DNA from: Lachnospiraceae bacterium
GTDB lineage: Bacteria > Bacillota > Clostridia > Lachnospirales > Lachnospiraceae
DNA length: 61,150 bases
Assembly: GCA_017458765.1 (NCBI GenBank)
Contig: JAFSZZ010000110.1
Span: forward strand, 1-61,150
Direction of reading: 5' to 3'
The notes beneath the pieces were generated by a model. The model saw nothing but the letters and a program-made list of their open reading frames with translations. It was not told where the DNA came from and searched no databases. Position 1 is the stretch's first letter. The number at the start of each line of letters is the position of its first letter. Shown here piece by piece: positions 9,308-20,000 of this stretch. A program made the translations under genes and the position numbers.

Positions 9308-10789
9308 TTAAAGAGTATGGTTAATATCCCTGCTCCACGGGATATCATAAGACCACGGCATGATCTGTTCGAAGGTATATGCCGCCGCAAGCACATCCTC
9401 ATCACGGAATTTCTTCCCTATTATCTGCATTCCCACGGGCAGCCCCGCTGCGGTAAGCCCTGCAGGGACCGACGCAGCCGGATTCCCGGTAAAATTCTCC
9501 ATAAAGGTCTCACAGAAGCCTATAAGCTGCTCCGTCCTATGTCCGTTAACTTCGTATGGGCCCTTTGTGTTTCCGTCATCTGCGTTCAGTACCGGAGCAC
9601 AGACCGTTACCGGGGAAATGATAAGATCGTATCTGTCGAATACATCCTGCAGGGCATCGAGCATTTCGGTGCGTATCTCATTAAACCGTCTGTAATCCAG
9701 TACGGTCGAGTGAAGAGCAATATCATTCCAGTAGATGAATTCCTCGGGGAGCTCGTCTCTGTGGTCTCCCACAAGATCAAAACCTTCCTGCTTCCACAGT
9801 TCCATATCGATCGCCGTATCAATACTGATACTTCTGCACCAAAGCTCCGCCATCTCGTTCTGCGAGCTCTTAAAGTTAAAGCTGACATCCTCATCAACCA
9901 CCGCTCCGGCTTCCCTGAACCGTATCGCAGCCATACGTACCTTCTGCGCTATCTCGTTATCAACCGTAAATACGCCGAAATCAGGCGTGAATGCGATCTT
10001 CATTCCGTAAAGAGGACGCTTCATAAGCTCTGTAAAACATCTGTATCCGTGGTCGATGCTTAACGGATCACGAGGATTATACCGTGCCATATATTCAAGC
10101 ATGACGGCACTGTCTTCCACAGTTCTTGTAATGGCTCCGTCAAAGCAGTACGGATGGGTAGCCATCCAGCCGTCGGGTCTGTTGACCGCAGGTATGGTGC
10201 CTACGGATGCTTTAAAGCCAAAGCAGCCGCACCACGCAGAGGGTATGCGGATAGACCCTCCTCCGTCGGAGCCCTGTCCTATAGGGATCATTCCGTCCGC
10301 AACTGCCGCCGCGCTTCCCCCGGATGAACCGCCGGAATTATACGTTGTATCGAAGGGTGTGGAGGTGGGACCGTACAGCTTATTGTCGCAGGTTCCGCGG
10401 AATGCAAAGGCCGGAGAGTTAGTTTTGCCTATGGCGATTGCTCCCGCTTCCCGTGCCGCTGTATAGAATGCCGAATCCTCTGTATCGGTACGTATCAGCG
10501 AGCGCACGCCTCCATGGGAATTGGTCCATCCCTTTTTGGAGGGAAGGAAATCTTTAAGTCCTACCGGGACGCCGGCAAGAGGACCTGCCTTTTCACCTGC
10601 GGCAAGCCTCTTTTCAAGCTTTTCTGCTTCATCGAGGGCTTCCTCTGTTTTTGTATATGTAAAGGCGTTAAGGCTTTCGTTTCTTTCCTCAATACGGTCC
10701 GCAAAATACCTAATAACCTCGGTCGGTGAAATATTTCCGCTATTTACTTCTCTTCCAAGCTCAACGCCTGACAGCTTATACAGTTCCAT
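9308..10789 (-). CDS. Amidase-signature family amidase (GatA-like)
   Basis: GGSSGGSAAAVA signature and a conserved upstream Lys/Ser context; 493 aa. Confidence 0.85.
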   Translation of the reverse strand: MELYKLSGVELGREVNSGNISPTEVIRYFADRIEERNESLNAFTYTKTEEALDEAEKLEKRLAAGEKAGPLAGVPVGLKDFLPSKKGWTNSHGGVRSLIRTDTEDSAFYTAAREAGAIAIGKTNSPAFAFRGTCDNKLYGPTSTPFDTTYNSGGSSGGSAAAVADGMIPIGQGSDGGGSIRIPSAWCGCFGFKASVGTIPAVNRPDGWMATHPYCFDGAITRTVEDSAVMLEYMARYNPRDPLSIDHGYRCFTELMKRPLYGMKIAFTPDFGVFTVDNEIAQKVRMAAIRFREAGAVVDEDVSFNFKSSQNEMAELWCRSISIDTAIDMELWKQEGFDLVGDHRDELPEEFIYWNDIALHSTVLDYRRFNEIRTEMLDALQDVFDRYDLIISPVTVCAPVLNADDGNTKGPYEVNGHRTEQLIGFCETFMENFTGNPAASVPAGLTAAGLPVGMQIIGKKFRDEDVLAAAYTFEQIMPWSYDIPWSRDINHTL

Positions 10790-10919
10790 ATTTGTTCCCT
10801 AATCCAATCGGATCTGATTCGCATTACCTGTTTTTCCTTGACCAAAGATGGTCTGATTTACCCTGTCCATAACTGCACTGAGTCTGTTTATAACCGCTCT
10901 CTGCCTGTTTCCGACTAAT

Positions 10920-11663
10920 CTAAGCATTGGCATTTATATGATCCAGATATCTCTGCCCCACCGAATTTCTGGTCCATGAGTCGGAAACCCTGTAGCCTAA
11001 CGGTGAAAATGCAGCCTCAAAGACCAGTTCAATGATCATCGAGGTTGTGGAACAGATAATGACCTGTGTCCAGTTCCATCCGAAAAATACATGTGATACC
11101 AGGGCTGAAAATACGAAATTATCAACCCACTGCGCCACACAGGTAGAAATAAGTGAGCGGGATGCAAATCCTTTATATCCACCGTGATCCGCCAGTCTTC
11201 CTATTAGCTGATTGAGCAGGGAATTAACTGTTGAGGACAGCAGCATTGCGATCGCCGAGCCCATTACCACATACCATGCACTTCCGAAGGTTGAATCAAT
11301 ACCGGCATTGATGTATTCTCCTACCATGGGATCGGGTGCCGAATAATATGCGGCCCAATGCCCCGGAGTCATTACCAGAAGCTTGAACATGATGACACTT
11401 ATGATATTTACGGCTATTGCCAACAGGGAAATCTTGATGGATGCCTTGGCACCGAAGCGCTTGCAAATGCAGTCCATACACAGAAATGATATCCATGATA
11501 ATGCGAGCCCGGTGTTGATACAGAAGTAATCGGACCGGTACAGCTCTCTGCCTGCCAACAGATTCATACAGACAACGGACAGGATAAATACAGAAACGAC
11601 CATGGAAGGCACGTTTCTAAGGAGGATCCTGTAATCCTCCATCTCTTTCTTTAAAGTATTCAT
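10920..11663 (-). CDS. yhhQ: VUT/YhhQ (DUF165) family queuosine-precursor transporter
   Basis: ~6-TM protein whose length, topology and C-terminal ...AQWVDNFVF... segment match the YhhQ family. AAAGGAG RBS. Confidence 0.6.
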   Translation of the reverse strand: MNTLKKEMEDYRILLRNVPSMVVSVFILSVVCMNLLAGRELYRSDYFCINTGLALSWISFLCMDCICKRFGAKASIKISLLAIAVNIISVIMFKLLVMTPGHWAAYYSAPDPMVGEYINAGIDSTFGSAWYVVMGSAIAMLLSSTVNSLLNQLIGRLADHGGYKGFASRSLISTCVAQWVDNFVFSALVSHVFFGWNWTQVIICSTTSMIIELVFEAAFSPLGYRVSDSWTRNSVGQRYLDHINANA

Positions 11664-11669
11664 TTTGTT

Positions 11670-11719
11670 CTCCTTTGGTTTTAGGTTTTACAAGCAGGAT
11701 ATCGGACCCGAACTGCTTG
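11670..11719 (-). promoter_or_regulatory. Candidate preQ1-I riboswitch in the yhhQ leader
   Basis: Minus strand reads AAGCAG-UUCGGGUCCGAUAUC-CUGCUU-GUAAAACCUAAAACCAAAGGAG. That is a P1 hairpin with a UUC-containing loop plus an A-rich tail that runs into the SD, as in preQ1-I. The loop is longer than in textbook examples. Confidence 0.35.
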
Positions 11720-11744
11720 GCGCCGTACTGACTGCGCATGTTTC

Positions 11745-11772
11745 ATTATAATTGTATTCTGCCAAAATGCAA
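11745..11772 (-). promoter_or_regulatory. Promoter of yhhQ
   Basis: Minus strand TTGCAT-N16-TATAAT, about 75 nt upstream of the start codon. Confidence 0.55.
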
Positions 11773-11789
11773 GTATTTTCTTTGCCATC

Positions 11790-12014
11790 TTAAGGAAGGT
11801 CGGGGCAGATAAGATAATAGACCCCGAAGGAGACGGCGGAGAGCGTTCGGCGCGCATTCTGATGTCATCAATGTACAGGGATTTCTATAAGCTTGACGAC
11901 AATATGTATATGATAGAGATGATGCCCAAAGAGGACTGGGTCGGCAAGAACTCCGCAGAAATACAGCAGCTTAAAGACAAGGTAAATAAAGAAAACCATG
12001 TAAAACCCCTGTAA
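11790..12014 (+). pseudogene. Remnant of the 3' part of a TrkA/KtrA-type K+ uptake regulator gene
   Basis: The frame reads ...LRKVGADKIIDPEGD...MYMIEMMPKEDWVGKNSAEIQQLKDK...*. This matches the end of TrkA-N and part of TrkA-C. There is no N-terminal Rossmann part and no start context. Confidence 0.4.
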
Positions 12015-12052
12015 TCATAGATACTCAGGTATCCTGGATTACAGGGGTTTTT
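12006..12052. terminator. Bidirectional terminator (trkA remnant / cysK)
   Basis: 11-bp stem cccctgtaatc / gattacagggg with TTTTT on the + side and a U-rich stretch on the minus side. Confidence 0.7.
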
Positions 12053-12146
12053 CATATCATTTTCAGATTAGTTTATGATCCTTTTTCTGTTCTTTTTATG
12101 ATTTCATATTCAACGGACAAAACTTAATTTTTCTATGAGTAACGGA

Positions 12147-13079
12147 TTATTCCGTAAACAGAGCTGTTGAATAGTATCTGTCGCCGCTGTCGGGAAGAAG
12201 AGCCACAATGGTCTTTCCCTTGTTTTCGGGCTTCTTGGCATATTCTATGGCTGCATGAAGCGCTGCTCCCGATGAAATACCCACAGATATTCCTTCCTTC
12301 TTTGCAAGGAGTTTGGCTGCCTTGAACGCATCATCGCTTGCTGCCTTGAATACCTCATCATATACCTTGGTATTAAGCACATCCGGGACGAATCCCGCGC
12401 CTATGCCCTGGATCTTATGAGATCCTGCCCTGCCCTCAGAAAGAACCGGTGAGTCTTCAGGCTCGAGAGCCACAACCTTAACATCGGGATTCTGCTCCTT
12501 GAGATACTCGCCTGTTCCGGTTACAGTACCGCCGGTACCAACGCCTGAAATGAAGATATCCACCTTTCCGTCTGTATCCTTCCAGATCTCGGGACCCGTA
12601 GTTGCCTTATGTATTGCGGGATTGGCAGGATTAACGAACTGTCCCGGTATGAAGCTGCCTTCGATCTCATTTGCCAGCTCTTCAGCCTTGGCAATGGCTC
12701 CCTTCATGCCCTTGGAGCCTTCGGTAAGTACGATCTCAGCACCGTAATTCTTAAGGATACTTCTTCTCTCAACGCTCATGGTCTCAGGCATTGTAAGAAT
12801 GATGCGGTATCCCTTGGCTGCAGCTATGGCTGCCAGTCCGATACCTGTATTACCGCTTGTGGGCTCGATGATAACAGAGCCTTCCTTAAGCAGACCCTTC
12901 TCCTCGGCATCCTCGATCATCGCCTTGGCGATACGGTCCTTTACGCTGCCTGCGGGATTGAAATATTCGAGCTTTACAAGTACTGTAGCCTCAAGGCCCA
13001 GATCCTTCTCGATATTTGTAACCTCAACAAGAGGCGTGTTGCCTACCAGTCCCAGTGTTCCCTTATAAATGTTTGACAT
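12147..13079 (-). CDS. cysK: Cysteine synthase A (O-acetylserine sulfhydrylase)
   Basis: PLP-lysine motif NPAGSVKDR, plus SGNTGIGLA and [10 protein letters not shown]; 310 aa. Confidence 0.92.
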   Translation of the reverse strand: MSNIYKGTLGLVGNTPLVEVTNIEKDLGLEATVLVKLEYFNPAGSVKDRIAKAMIEDAEEKGLLKEGSVIIEPTSGNTGIGLAAIAAAKGYRIILTMPETMSVERRSILKNYGAEIVLTEGSKGMKGAIAKAEELANEIEGSFIPGQFVNPANPAIHKATTGPEIWKDTDGKVDIFISGVGTGGTVTGTGEYLKEQNPDVKVVALEPEDSPVLSEGRAGSHKIQGIGAGFVPDVLNTKVYDEVFKAASDDAFKAAKLLAKKEGISVGISSGAALHAAIEYAKKPENKGKTIVALLPDSGDRYYSTALFTE

Positions 13080-13234
13080 GATCTACCTCCTATATTTACG
13101 TTTGATTATTTTCATCTGACTGTTCGAAACAGATACATTAAAAACCGTATGATTCAGAACAGTCATCAGTATTTTCATCTGTGATTGTAATACCCGTGCA
13201 ATATTCTGTCTAATCTCAATATATTATATTCGGC

Positions 13235-13251
13235 TATAGGCTGAACCTATA
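13235..13251. promoter_or_regulatory. 17-bp palindrome TATAGGCTGAACCTATA upstream of cysK (LysR T-N11-A type; Met-box-like)
   Basis: Perfect 6+6 arms. The same arms recur at 16007-16023 upstream of metY. Confidence 0.45.
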
Positions 13252-13285
13252 AATCATCTGCAGCATCTTATGACGCTACGGAATC

Positions 13286-14212
13286 TTATCCCAGTACCTT
13301 ATCCTTATATTTAATGATCTCTTCCAGATATTTCTGCCCGATCTCGCTGATTATGGATGATTTTCTTGCAATATAGCCTATGGTCATCTTCTCATCCGTA
13401 TCTACCTTGAGCGCACAGAAATCATCGCCGTTTAACTCCTCGCACAGGATGCCCGAACACAGCGTATAGCCGTTAACGCCCTTGGCAAGATTCAGCATCG
13501 TAGCTCTGTCGTTGGCTCTTATTATCTGCTTATACTGCCTGGTGCTTAAGACCTCTTCGGCATAATATGCCGAATTATATTCACCCTGATCAAAGACAAG
13601 ACAGGGGTACTCGTCAAGCTCCTCAAGCGTGACCGGTTCACCGGATTTAAGCTTCTCTTTGGCCAATGGGTTATCCTTGCTGATATATGCGTATATCGAG
13701 CAGTCAAACAGTGGCGTGAATTCCAGCCCGGCCTCCGAAAGCACCTTGCCTAGTACCTTACTGTTAAAATCATTCAGATACAGTATCCCGAGTTCGCTCT
13801 TCTGGTTCCTGACATTTGAAATGATCTCATGTGTCTTGGTCTCGTGCGCTTCGAATTCATATTCATCATATCCGTACTGATTAACCAGTTCGATAAATGC
13901 TTTTACGGCAAATGAATAATGCTGCATCGATACGGAGAACTGCCTCTTTATATTGGTCTTTGAGATATATTTCGCATCCAGTATATCGTACTGTTCCACA
14001 ACGGATCTCGCATAACCTAAGAATTCCGCTCCTTTAACGGTTAGCGAGATTCCGTTCTTGGATCTTATAAAGATATCAAAGCCTATTTCGTCTTCAAGCG
14101 CATGCATTGCGCCGGTAAGGCTCGGCTGCGATATGAACAGCTTCTTGGCAGCGTCGTTAAGCGAATTTTCCCTGGATATAGCTATGGCGTATTTTAATTG
14201 GTTAAGTGTCAT
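13286..14212 (-). CDS. LysR-family transcriptional regulator (MetR/MtaR/CysR-like by context)
   Basis: N-terminal LysR HTH (MTLNQLKYAIAI...ISQPSLTGAMHALEDEIG) plus a substrate-binding domain. Sits between cysK and metY. Confidence 0.85.
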   Translation of the reverse strand: MTLNQLKYAIAISRENSLNDAAKKLFISQPSLTGAMHALEDEIGFDIFIRSKNGISLTVKGAEFLGYARSVVEQYDILDAKYISKTNIKRQFSVSMQHYSFAVKAFIELVNQYGYDEYEFEAHETKTHEIISNVRNQKSELGILYLNDFNSKVLGKVLSEAGLEFTPLFDCSIYAYISKDNPLAKEKLKSGEPVTLEELDEYPCLVFDQGEYNSAYYAEEVLSTRQYKQIIRANDRATMLNLAKGVNGYTLCSGILCEELNGDDFCALKVDTDEKMTIGYIARKSSIISEIGQKYLEEIIKYKDKVLG

Positions 14213-14304
14213 GTTGTCTCCTGTGATCCTTGTGCTGAAGGTTTCTTAAACAATATACACCTACTAACCTGATAGGTCAACTGCTCGCTAATCATCATAT
14301 TACA

Positions 14305-14558
14305 TAACTATTCAGAACAGGCTCAAAATACTTCGTATTTTTCGCTGTTTTGGATTCATCCAGCATGTATACTAAATTCGAAAATACCTCATTAAGTATA
14401 CATGCATGGCTCACACTAAGCTCGAAAAAACCTCGCTAAGTGTTCTGCTCAAATACATAAATTTATAAAATATGCTGTTTACATGCCCTAAAGGACTAGC
14501 TTCGCGTCGCAGCATGACACATCATATTTTAAAATTTATGTGCTGTTCTGAATAGTTA
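14305..14558. mobile_element. 254-bp MITE-like element with 16-17-bp terminal inverted repeats TAACTATTCAGAACAG
   Basis: TIR-L 14305-14320 and TIR-R 14543-14558 (ctgttctgaatagtta). No ORF inside. The right TIR abuts the metY stop codon. Related ends occur at 42567-42621, 51612-51674 and 59285-59300. Confidence 0.6.
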
Positions 14559-15839
14559 TCATATTGCATTAAATCCGTTCTCAAGATCAGCGATGATATC
14601 ATCGATATGCTCCGTACCTATCGATAAGCGGATCGTGCTCTCGGATATTCCCGAATCCGCCAGCTCCTCTGCCGACAGCTGCGAGTGTGTGGTCGAAGCC
14701 GGATGTATCACAAGGCTCTTTACATCAGCCACATTTGCCAGAAGAGAGAATATCTTGAGATTATCTATGAACTTCCACGCTTCTTCTCTTCCGCCCTTTA
14801 TATCGAAGGTAAAGATCGAGCCTCCGCCGTTCTTAAAGAACTTCTCGTAAAGCGCGTGCTGAGGATGATCCGGCAGTGAAGGATGGTTAACCTTGACAAC
14901 CTTCGGATTATTATTAAGGTATTCAATAACCTTAAGTGTGTTCTCTATATGCCTCTCGAGACGGAGTGAAAGAGTCTCGACTCCCTGCAGGAGAAGGAAT
15001 GCGTTAAACGGTGAGATCGCAGCTCCCGTATCTCTTAAGAGAATGACTCTTATATATGTAACAAAGGTAACCGGACCGAGTGCATCATAGAAGGCCAGTC
15101 CGTGGTAGCTGGGGTTGGGCTCGCTAAGCTGCGGGAATTTACCGCCTTCCTTCCAGTTGAACTTACCGGAATCAACGATCACACCGCCGAGAGTGGTTCC
15201 GTGTCCTCCGATGAACTTGGTTGCGGAATGAACCACGATATCTGCTCCGTGCTCAATGGGCTTAATAAGATACGGTGTACCGAAGGTATTGTCTATCACG
15301 AGGGGGATTCCGTGCTTATGAGCTATCTCTGAGATCGCATCGATATCAGGGATATCACTGTTCGGGTTGCCGAGTGTTTCTATGAATATTCCTCTGGTGT
15401 TTTCCTTAATGGCTCCCTCAACCTCTGCAAGATCGTGAATGTTTACAAAAGTGGTTTCAATCCCGTACTGTGGAAGAGTATGTGCCAGAAGGTTGTAGCT
15501 TCCGCCGTAAATACTGTGCTGTGCTACTATATGTCCGCCGTTTGCAGCCAGGGCCTGGATCGTATATGAGATCGCTGCCGCTCCGGATGCTACTGCCAGT
15601 GCTGCCGATCCGCCTTCAAGCGCTGCCAGTCTCTTCTCAAGTACCTCCTGTGTTGAATTCGTGATCCTTCCGTATACATTACCCGCATCTGCCAGTCCGA
15701 AGCGGTCTGCTGCATGTTTACTGTTATGGAATACATATGATGTTGTCTGATAAATGGGAACCGCCCTTGAATCTGTTACCGGATCGGCTTCCTCCTGTCC
15801 AACGTGTAACTGTAATGTTTCGAATCTGTAATCACTCAT
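14559..15839 (-). CDS. metY: O-acetylhomoserine sulfhydrylase (aminocarboxypropyltransferase)
   Basis: Cys/Met-metabolism PLP family, [15 protein letters not shown]-lysine motif, 426 aa, GGAGGAAGG RBS. Confidence 0.88.
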   Translation of the reverse strand: MSDYRFETLQLHVGQEEADPVTDSRAVPIYQTTSYVFHNSKHAADRFGLADAGNVYGRITNSTQEVLEKRLAALEGGSAALAVASGAAAISYTIQALAANGGHIVAQHSIYGGSYNLLAHTLPQYGIETTFVNIHDLAEVEGAIKENTRGIFIETLGNPNSDIPDIDAISEIAHKHGIPLVIDNTFGTPYLIKPIEHGADIVVHSATKFIGGHGTTLGGVIVDSGKFNWKEGGKFPQLSEPNPSYHGLAFYDALGPVTFVTYIRVILLRDTGAAISPFNAFLLLQGVETLSLRLERHIENTLKVIEYLNNNPKVVKVNHPSLPDHPQHALYEKFFKNGGGSIFTFDIKGGREEAWKFIDNLKIFSLLANVADVKSLVIHPASTTHSQLSAEELADSGISESTIRLSIGTEHIDDIIADLENGFNAI

Positions 15840-16000
15840 CTTTCCTTCCTCCTTTTTGTATCCACCCGCTGTCCGGATGAAATTGTTTATAGTGTTTTTA
15901 TTCTCATTAAGAACAGTCTGTATACTGTTTGGCGTTTGCTGTTCCTGATGACTACACTATACGACTGGAGGAACCGGCTGTCTAATACAGGAAAAATATA

Positions 16001-16029
16001 GGACGTTATAGGTTTAACCTATAACGTCC
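16001..16029. terminator. 29-bp perfect palindrome: cbiL terminator that also carries the Met-box-like core TATAGGTTTAACCTATA
   Basis: ggacgttataggt-tta-acctataacgtcc, followed on the minus strand by TATATTTTTCC. The core at 16007-16023 matches 13235-13251. Confidence 0.6.
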
Positions 16030-16076
16030 CCGGTAACTGCTTATCTTAATCTTTATAGTAAACGAATTCAGTTCGT

Positions 16077-16967
16077 TCATTCCCGAATGATCACTACTGA
16101 CATATATCCCATGTCCTCAGGTATTTCGGAAGCCTTATATGCGATCCGTTCACCCGGAAGGCCGCATTCCGAGACCCAGTATACACTGCAGCCGTCCCGT
16201 GAACCGGCTTCCTTAATATAGTCCCTGAACGCCGGGTCGGTACGGGAAGGCTTCATTATTACCCGGGTTCCTTTAAGCTCTTTAATATCATTAAGATCGC
16301 ATTTACCGGGTATTATATGTATGGGCTCGTTATTCTGCGCAAGACTTATTCCGAGCCTTGCGGCAGATGCGCAGAAGGAAGGTATCCCGTTGATCCACTC
16401 CGTTTCATAACCCTCATCTTTAATAATGGAAGCAATATAATGGAAGGTGGAATATATGCACGGATCTCCTATCGCCAGAAATACCACGTTCTTTCCGCCT
16501 GCAATCAATGAACTAATCTTATCCGCGACATTAGTATGAAAGTTATGTAATGACTGTTTATCCATTTTCATGGGAAAGGGTTCGAATATACAGTCCTTGT
16601 CTGAAATATCTATAAATTGATTCTTATTACTATTGTTATTTACTATATGTTCTGTAGCTTTGCCGTCTGTATCTCTGCCGGAAATATCATCCGAAATATT
16701 ATCCGGATCAGCATTCGAAGTATTATCGGGAACAGTATCTGATACGGAATTAGTCTTAAAGTGAGAGCCTGTGCCCTTAAGTGATGCTATCTCACGGTTA
16801 AATATTTCGCATGCCTCTTCTGCTATCATATATGCACGGCATGCTTCCCTGCTCTTTGCCGGAAGCATTAGGATATCTGCGGTTTTAATAGCTTTAAGTG
16901 CCTTTAGGGTGATATGCTCCGGATCACCGGGTCCAACCCCAACGCCTGTCAGTTTTCCTGTTTTCAT
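16077..16967 (-). CDS. cbiL: Precorrin-2 / cobalt-factor II C20-methyltransferase with a ~60-aa low-complexity insert
   Basis: N-terminus KLTGVGVGPGDPEHITLKALKAI and a C-terminal tetrapyrrole methylase fold. D/N/S-rich insert (...DTVPDNTSNADPDNISDDISGRDTDGK...). ATG 16967 chosen; the ORF track start 17009 is a TTG. Confidence 0.7.
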   Translation of the reverse strand: MKTGKLTGVGVGPGDPEHITLKALKAIKTADILMLPAKSREACRAYMIAEEACEIFNREIASLKGTGSHFKTNSVSDTVPDNTSNADPDNISDDISGRDTDGKATEHIVNNNSNKNQFIDISDKDCIFEPFPMKMDKQSLHNFHTNVADKISSLIAGGKNVVFLAIGDPCIYSTFHYIASIIKDEGYETEWINGIPSFCASAARLGISLAQNNEPIHIIPGKCDLNDIKELKGTRVIMKPSRTDPAFRDYIKEAGSRDGCSVYWVSECGLPGERIAYKASEIPEDMGYMSVVIIRE

Positions 16968-17080
16968 GTGATTTCTCTTTCGGTCTGTTCTTATATCTGA
17001 TTTACGCAAGTGGTCTTACAGTTTGTATTTTTTTGCGGATTACGAAACACTATACGTACAGACTAATAATACATACGAAA

Positions 17081-20000
17081 TTAGTTCAAATGGATTTCAT
17101 CCGCATTAACTGCCCGTATAATATCATAATGTACATCTACCTGGTTAAACGGTACCGTTATATCGTTGGCCATGAATATGCGCATTATATTGTCATACAT
17201 GAACCACTGTACATCATATCTCTCGGCTTCATCACACATGAACCTGATCCTCAGATCGACAGAGCTGTCTGAGAAGTTCTGAATACCCTGGCATACAGGT
17301 ATACCCTTGAGGAATCTGTTGTCCTCATACAGCTGGAGGAACTCCTTGTTCAGAATTCTTCTGATACGTGGATAGTCCTCGTTATAAGGAACCGGAATAT
17401 TATAGAAGACGATAGAATATTTCATGGACATATTGGCAAATTCCTTAAGGGCATTGTTACATATGATCCGTACATTCTGATTGTCGTCCTCGTATCTGGT
17501 GGTACGAAGTCCTATTTCAATAACCTTTCCCCTTATGCCATCTACCAGTATATAATCACCTACATGCAGCGATCCCTCCATTACTATGAAAATACCGGCA
17601 AGCAGGTCACTCACAAGGCTCTGGGCTCCGAGACCTACAACGATCGATAAGATACCGGCAGATGCAAGAAGTCTGGTCGCCTGGATACCCAGAAGATACA
17701 GACAGTAGAACAGGACAAATACTATAGCAGCTGCCTTTATAAGCGAAGTAAAGAGGTGCATCATTGTCTCCACCCTGCTTCCGAAGGCCTGCGCGATCAG
17801 ATGTATGATATGCCCGAAGGCCTTAATGACCAGTCCGGATACTATCACTGTCAGGAATACGGCCGACAGAGAGAAGATGTGAATGCCTGTATCCCAGCCT
17901 CCGTTAAGGATATACAGGATGGCTGAATTGGAACCGAACCGGTATGCCTCATATGCGATGGACGCAAGGAATACTGCGCCTCCGAATAAGAGAGCCTTCT
18001 TAATAAGCATCTCAAACTTCTGGGTATTCGTACTTTTCTGCCATTCTTTTGAGGTTTCCCAATGACCGAATACAGCCAGAGGATCATGTTCCTCCCTGTA
18101 CAGCTCCTCAACATCCATATCATGTACCAGCAGAGTAAACAGTGACAGGATCAGCATGAGAACAAGGCCGAAAACAGAGCAGAATACCGCAGTCACAAAG
18201 CTGTTGAAATAAAGTCTGTCGGTAGGAATGGCAGTAGCTATATAATAATCATCCACCTGCCTGAAGCTTTGGAGATATCTTCTTCCGTTTATGCTCTGGA
18301 AGCCGTTATAATAACCGGTGAAAGCATTGTCGGAAATGCCCAGCTCACCTGCGCTCTTTCCGGTCAGGGAATCAATACCCGAATAAAATACCTTATAGGT
18401 TTCCTTATCCGGATCATCCCCCTTATCGGATTCAAACCCCATAAGAAATCCGTCATCGGATATTTTAGTATTGGACAGGATATATACCGGCGTGGCACTT
18501 TCGACCATATTGGCTTCTTCGTTGGGATCCAGCTCTATCTGCAGCAGCCCCCTGTGTCTGGTTATCTCGTTGCCGGTATAATCATCGTCAAGCTGCCGGA
18601 GATAATCCGTATATTTAACATATTCGGTGTTTCCGTTTTCATCAAGACGGGTATAATAATTAAGCGAACAGCCGATAAATTGCGACAGGATGCCTTCATC
18701 ACTGAGCATCGGGCGCTGGACGATCGTGTCCTTCCTTCCGTCGATAATGTCCCAGAATTCGTATGACTGTGCGTCTTCATTGTTGCTTAGGGAGAAGCTC
18801 CAGTAATCCGATGAAGTCGCCATGGTATATCCCGCATCGGATATAAGATATATGTTTTCCACCTGATTGGCTTCCTTAAGCTTATCCAGAGCCTTGGAAT
18901 TATTTATGACACTGACGGCGTTGTTGTAGTCATCCTTAATGACATCCCTGTTTCCGGAACCGTCCGAATTGCCGAGCGCCATCACGCTCGCGCTTTCCTT
19001 TGAATAGTCAAAATACTCATCTCCCTGCAGGGCCACTATAAATGCAATAAGCTTGGCTCTGCTTATGCTCTGCATATCATAATAAGCCAGGAAATCATTC
19101 CTGAGGTTTATGCTCTCCTCAATGTCTGTAGATATCTCCTCTTCTATTGAAACGGATTCGGAGAAAGCACCCGACAGCTTCATAAGAGACTGGATATACA
19201 TTGCGGATACGAATACGAGCATCGCTGAAACGATCACTATCGGAATGATCTTTTTTCCGAGCGCCCTGCTGTAATAGACGGGTTTTCCCTTATGCTTAAA
19301 CAGGCGTATCCTGAGCTGATCCTCATTGGAACGTAACATCTCTGAACGAACGAATGATGAATAGGCGGTAATAAGTACGAGAAAAATAAAAAGAAGGCTG
19401 AGATTCCACAGGATAACAGGGAAGTTACCTACATAAAGATCGGAAAGCGGGATACAGGCTATAAGATAATCATTGTTTCCGTATAACTCTGTTGAAAATG
19501 CCTTGGAGGAAACATAACAGTCGATACCGTTGATCTTCTTTGTTCCTTTGAATCCGTTTCTGAGTATATCGCTGTCAACACCCAGCGACTCAGGAGACGC
19601 GTCAGCAACATCAATGCCGTTTATTATCCCGTATTTTAAGCTGTCATTCTCGGAATCAACGACCAGTGCGAATCCGTTGTTCCCGATAGTCGTTACGTTA
19701 AGCCAGGCGGACAGATCAAACATTCTGAATGACGCCTTGTCGATTATTTCTGAGGAAAACCCAAGCATAATGTATTTGTTTCCGTCGGAGCCGTATGATC
19801 CGGGGATCATCTTGCAATACATATAAAGCTCGTCCCCGAAAACATCCTCTTCATTGTAATACGGATTGTTTATGGGGACACAGGAATCTCTCTCGTCACA
19901 CAGCCTGAGAAAATCTTCCTCCGATATATCAATAACATCACCTGTCAGTATATTTTCGCCGTTTTCGTTCGGATATGAGGATACGATTATATCTCCCCGT

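Noticed and set aside
10790-10919. Loose AAACAG[GA]C / AATCAGAYC reiterations between yhhQ and the amidase gene
   Set aside because: They are too degenerate and irregularly spaced to call a repeat or binding-site array by eye.
15840-16076. SAM-I (S-box) riboswitch or T-box leader upstream of metY, and likewise 13080-13285 upstream of cysK
   Set aside because: I could not find the S-box core elements (GAGGGA ... GCCC ... GCAACC) or a T-box (GGTGGTACCGCG-like) sequence on the coding strand. The LysR/Met-box explanation fits better.
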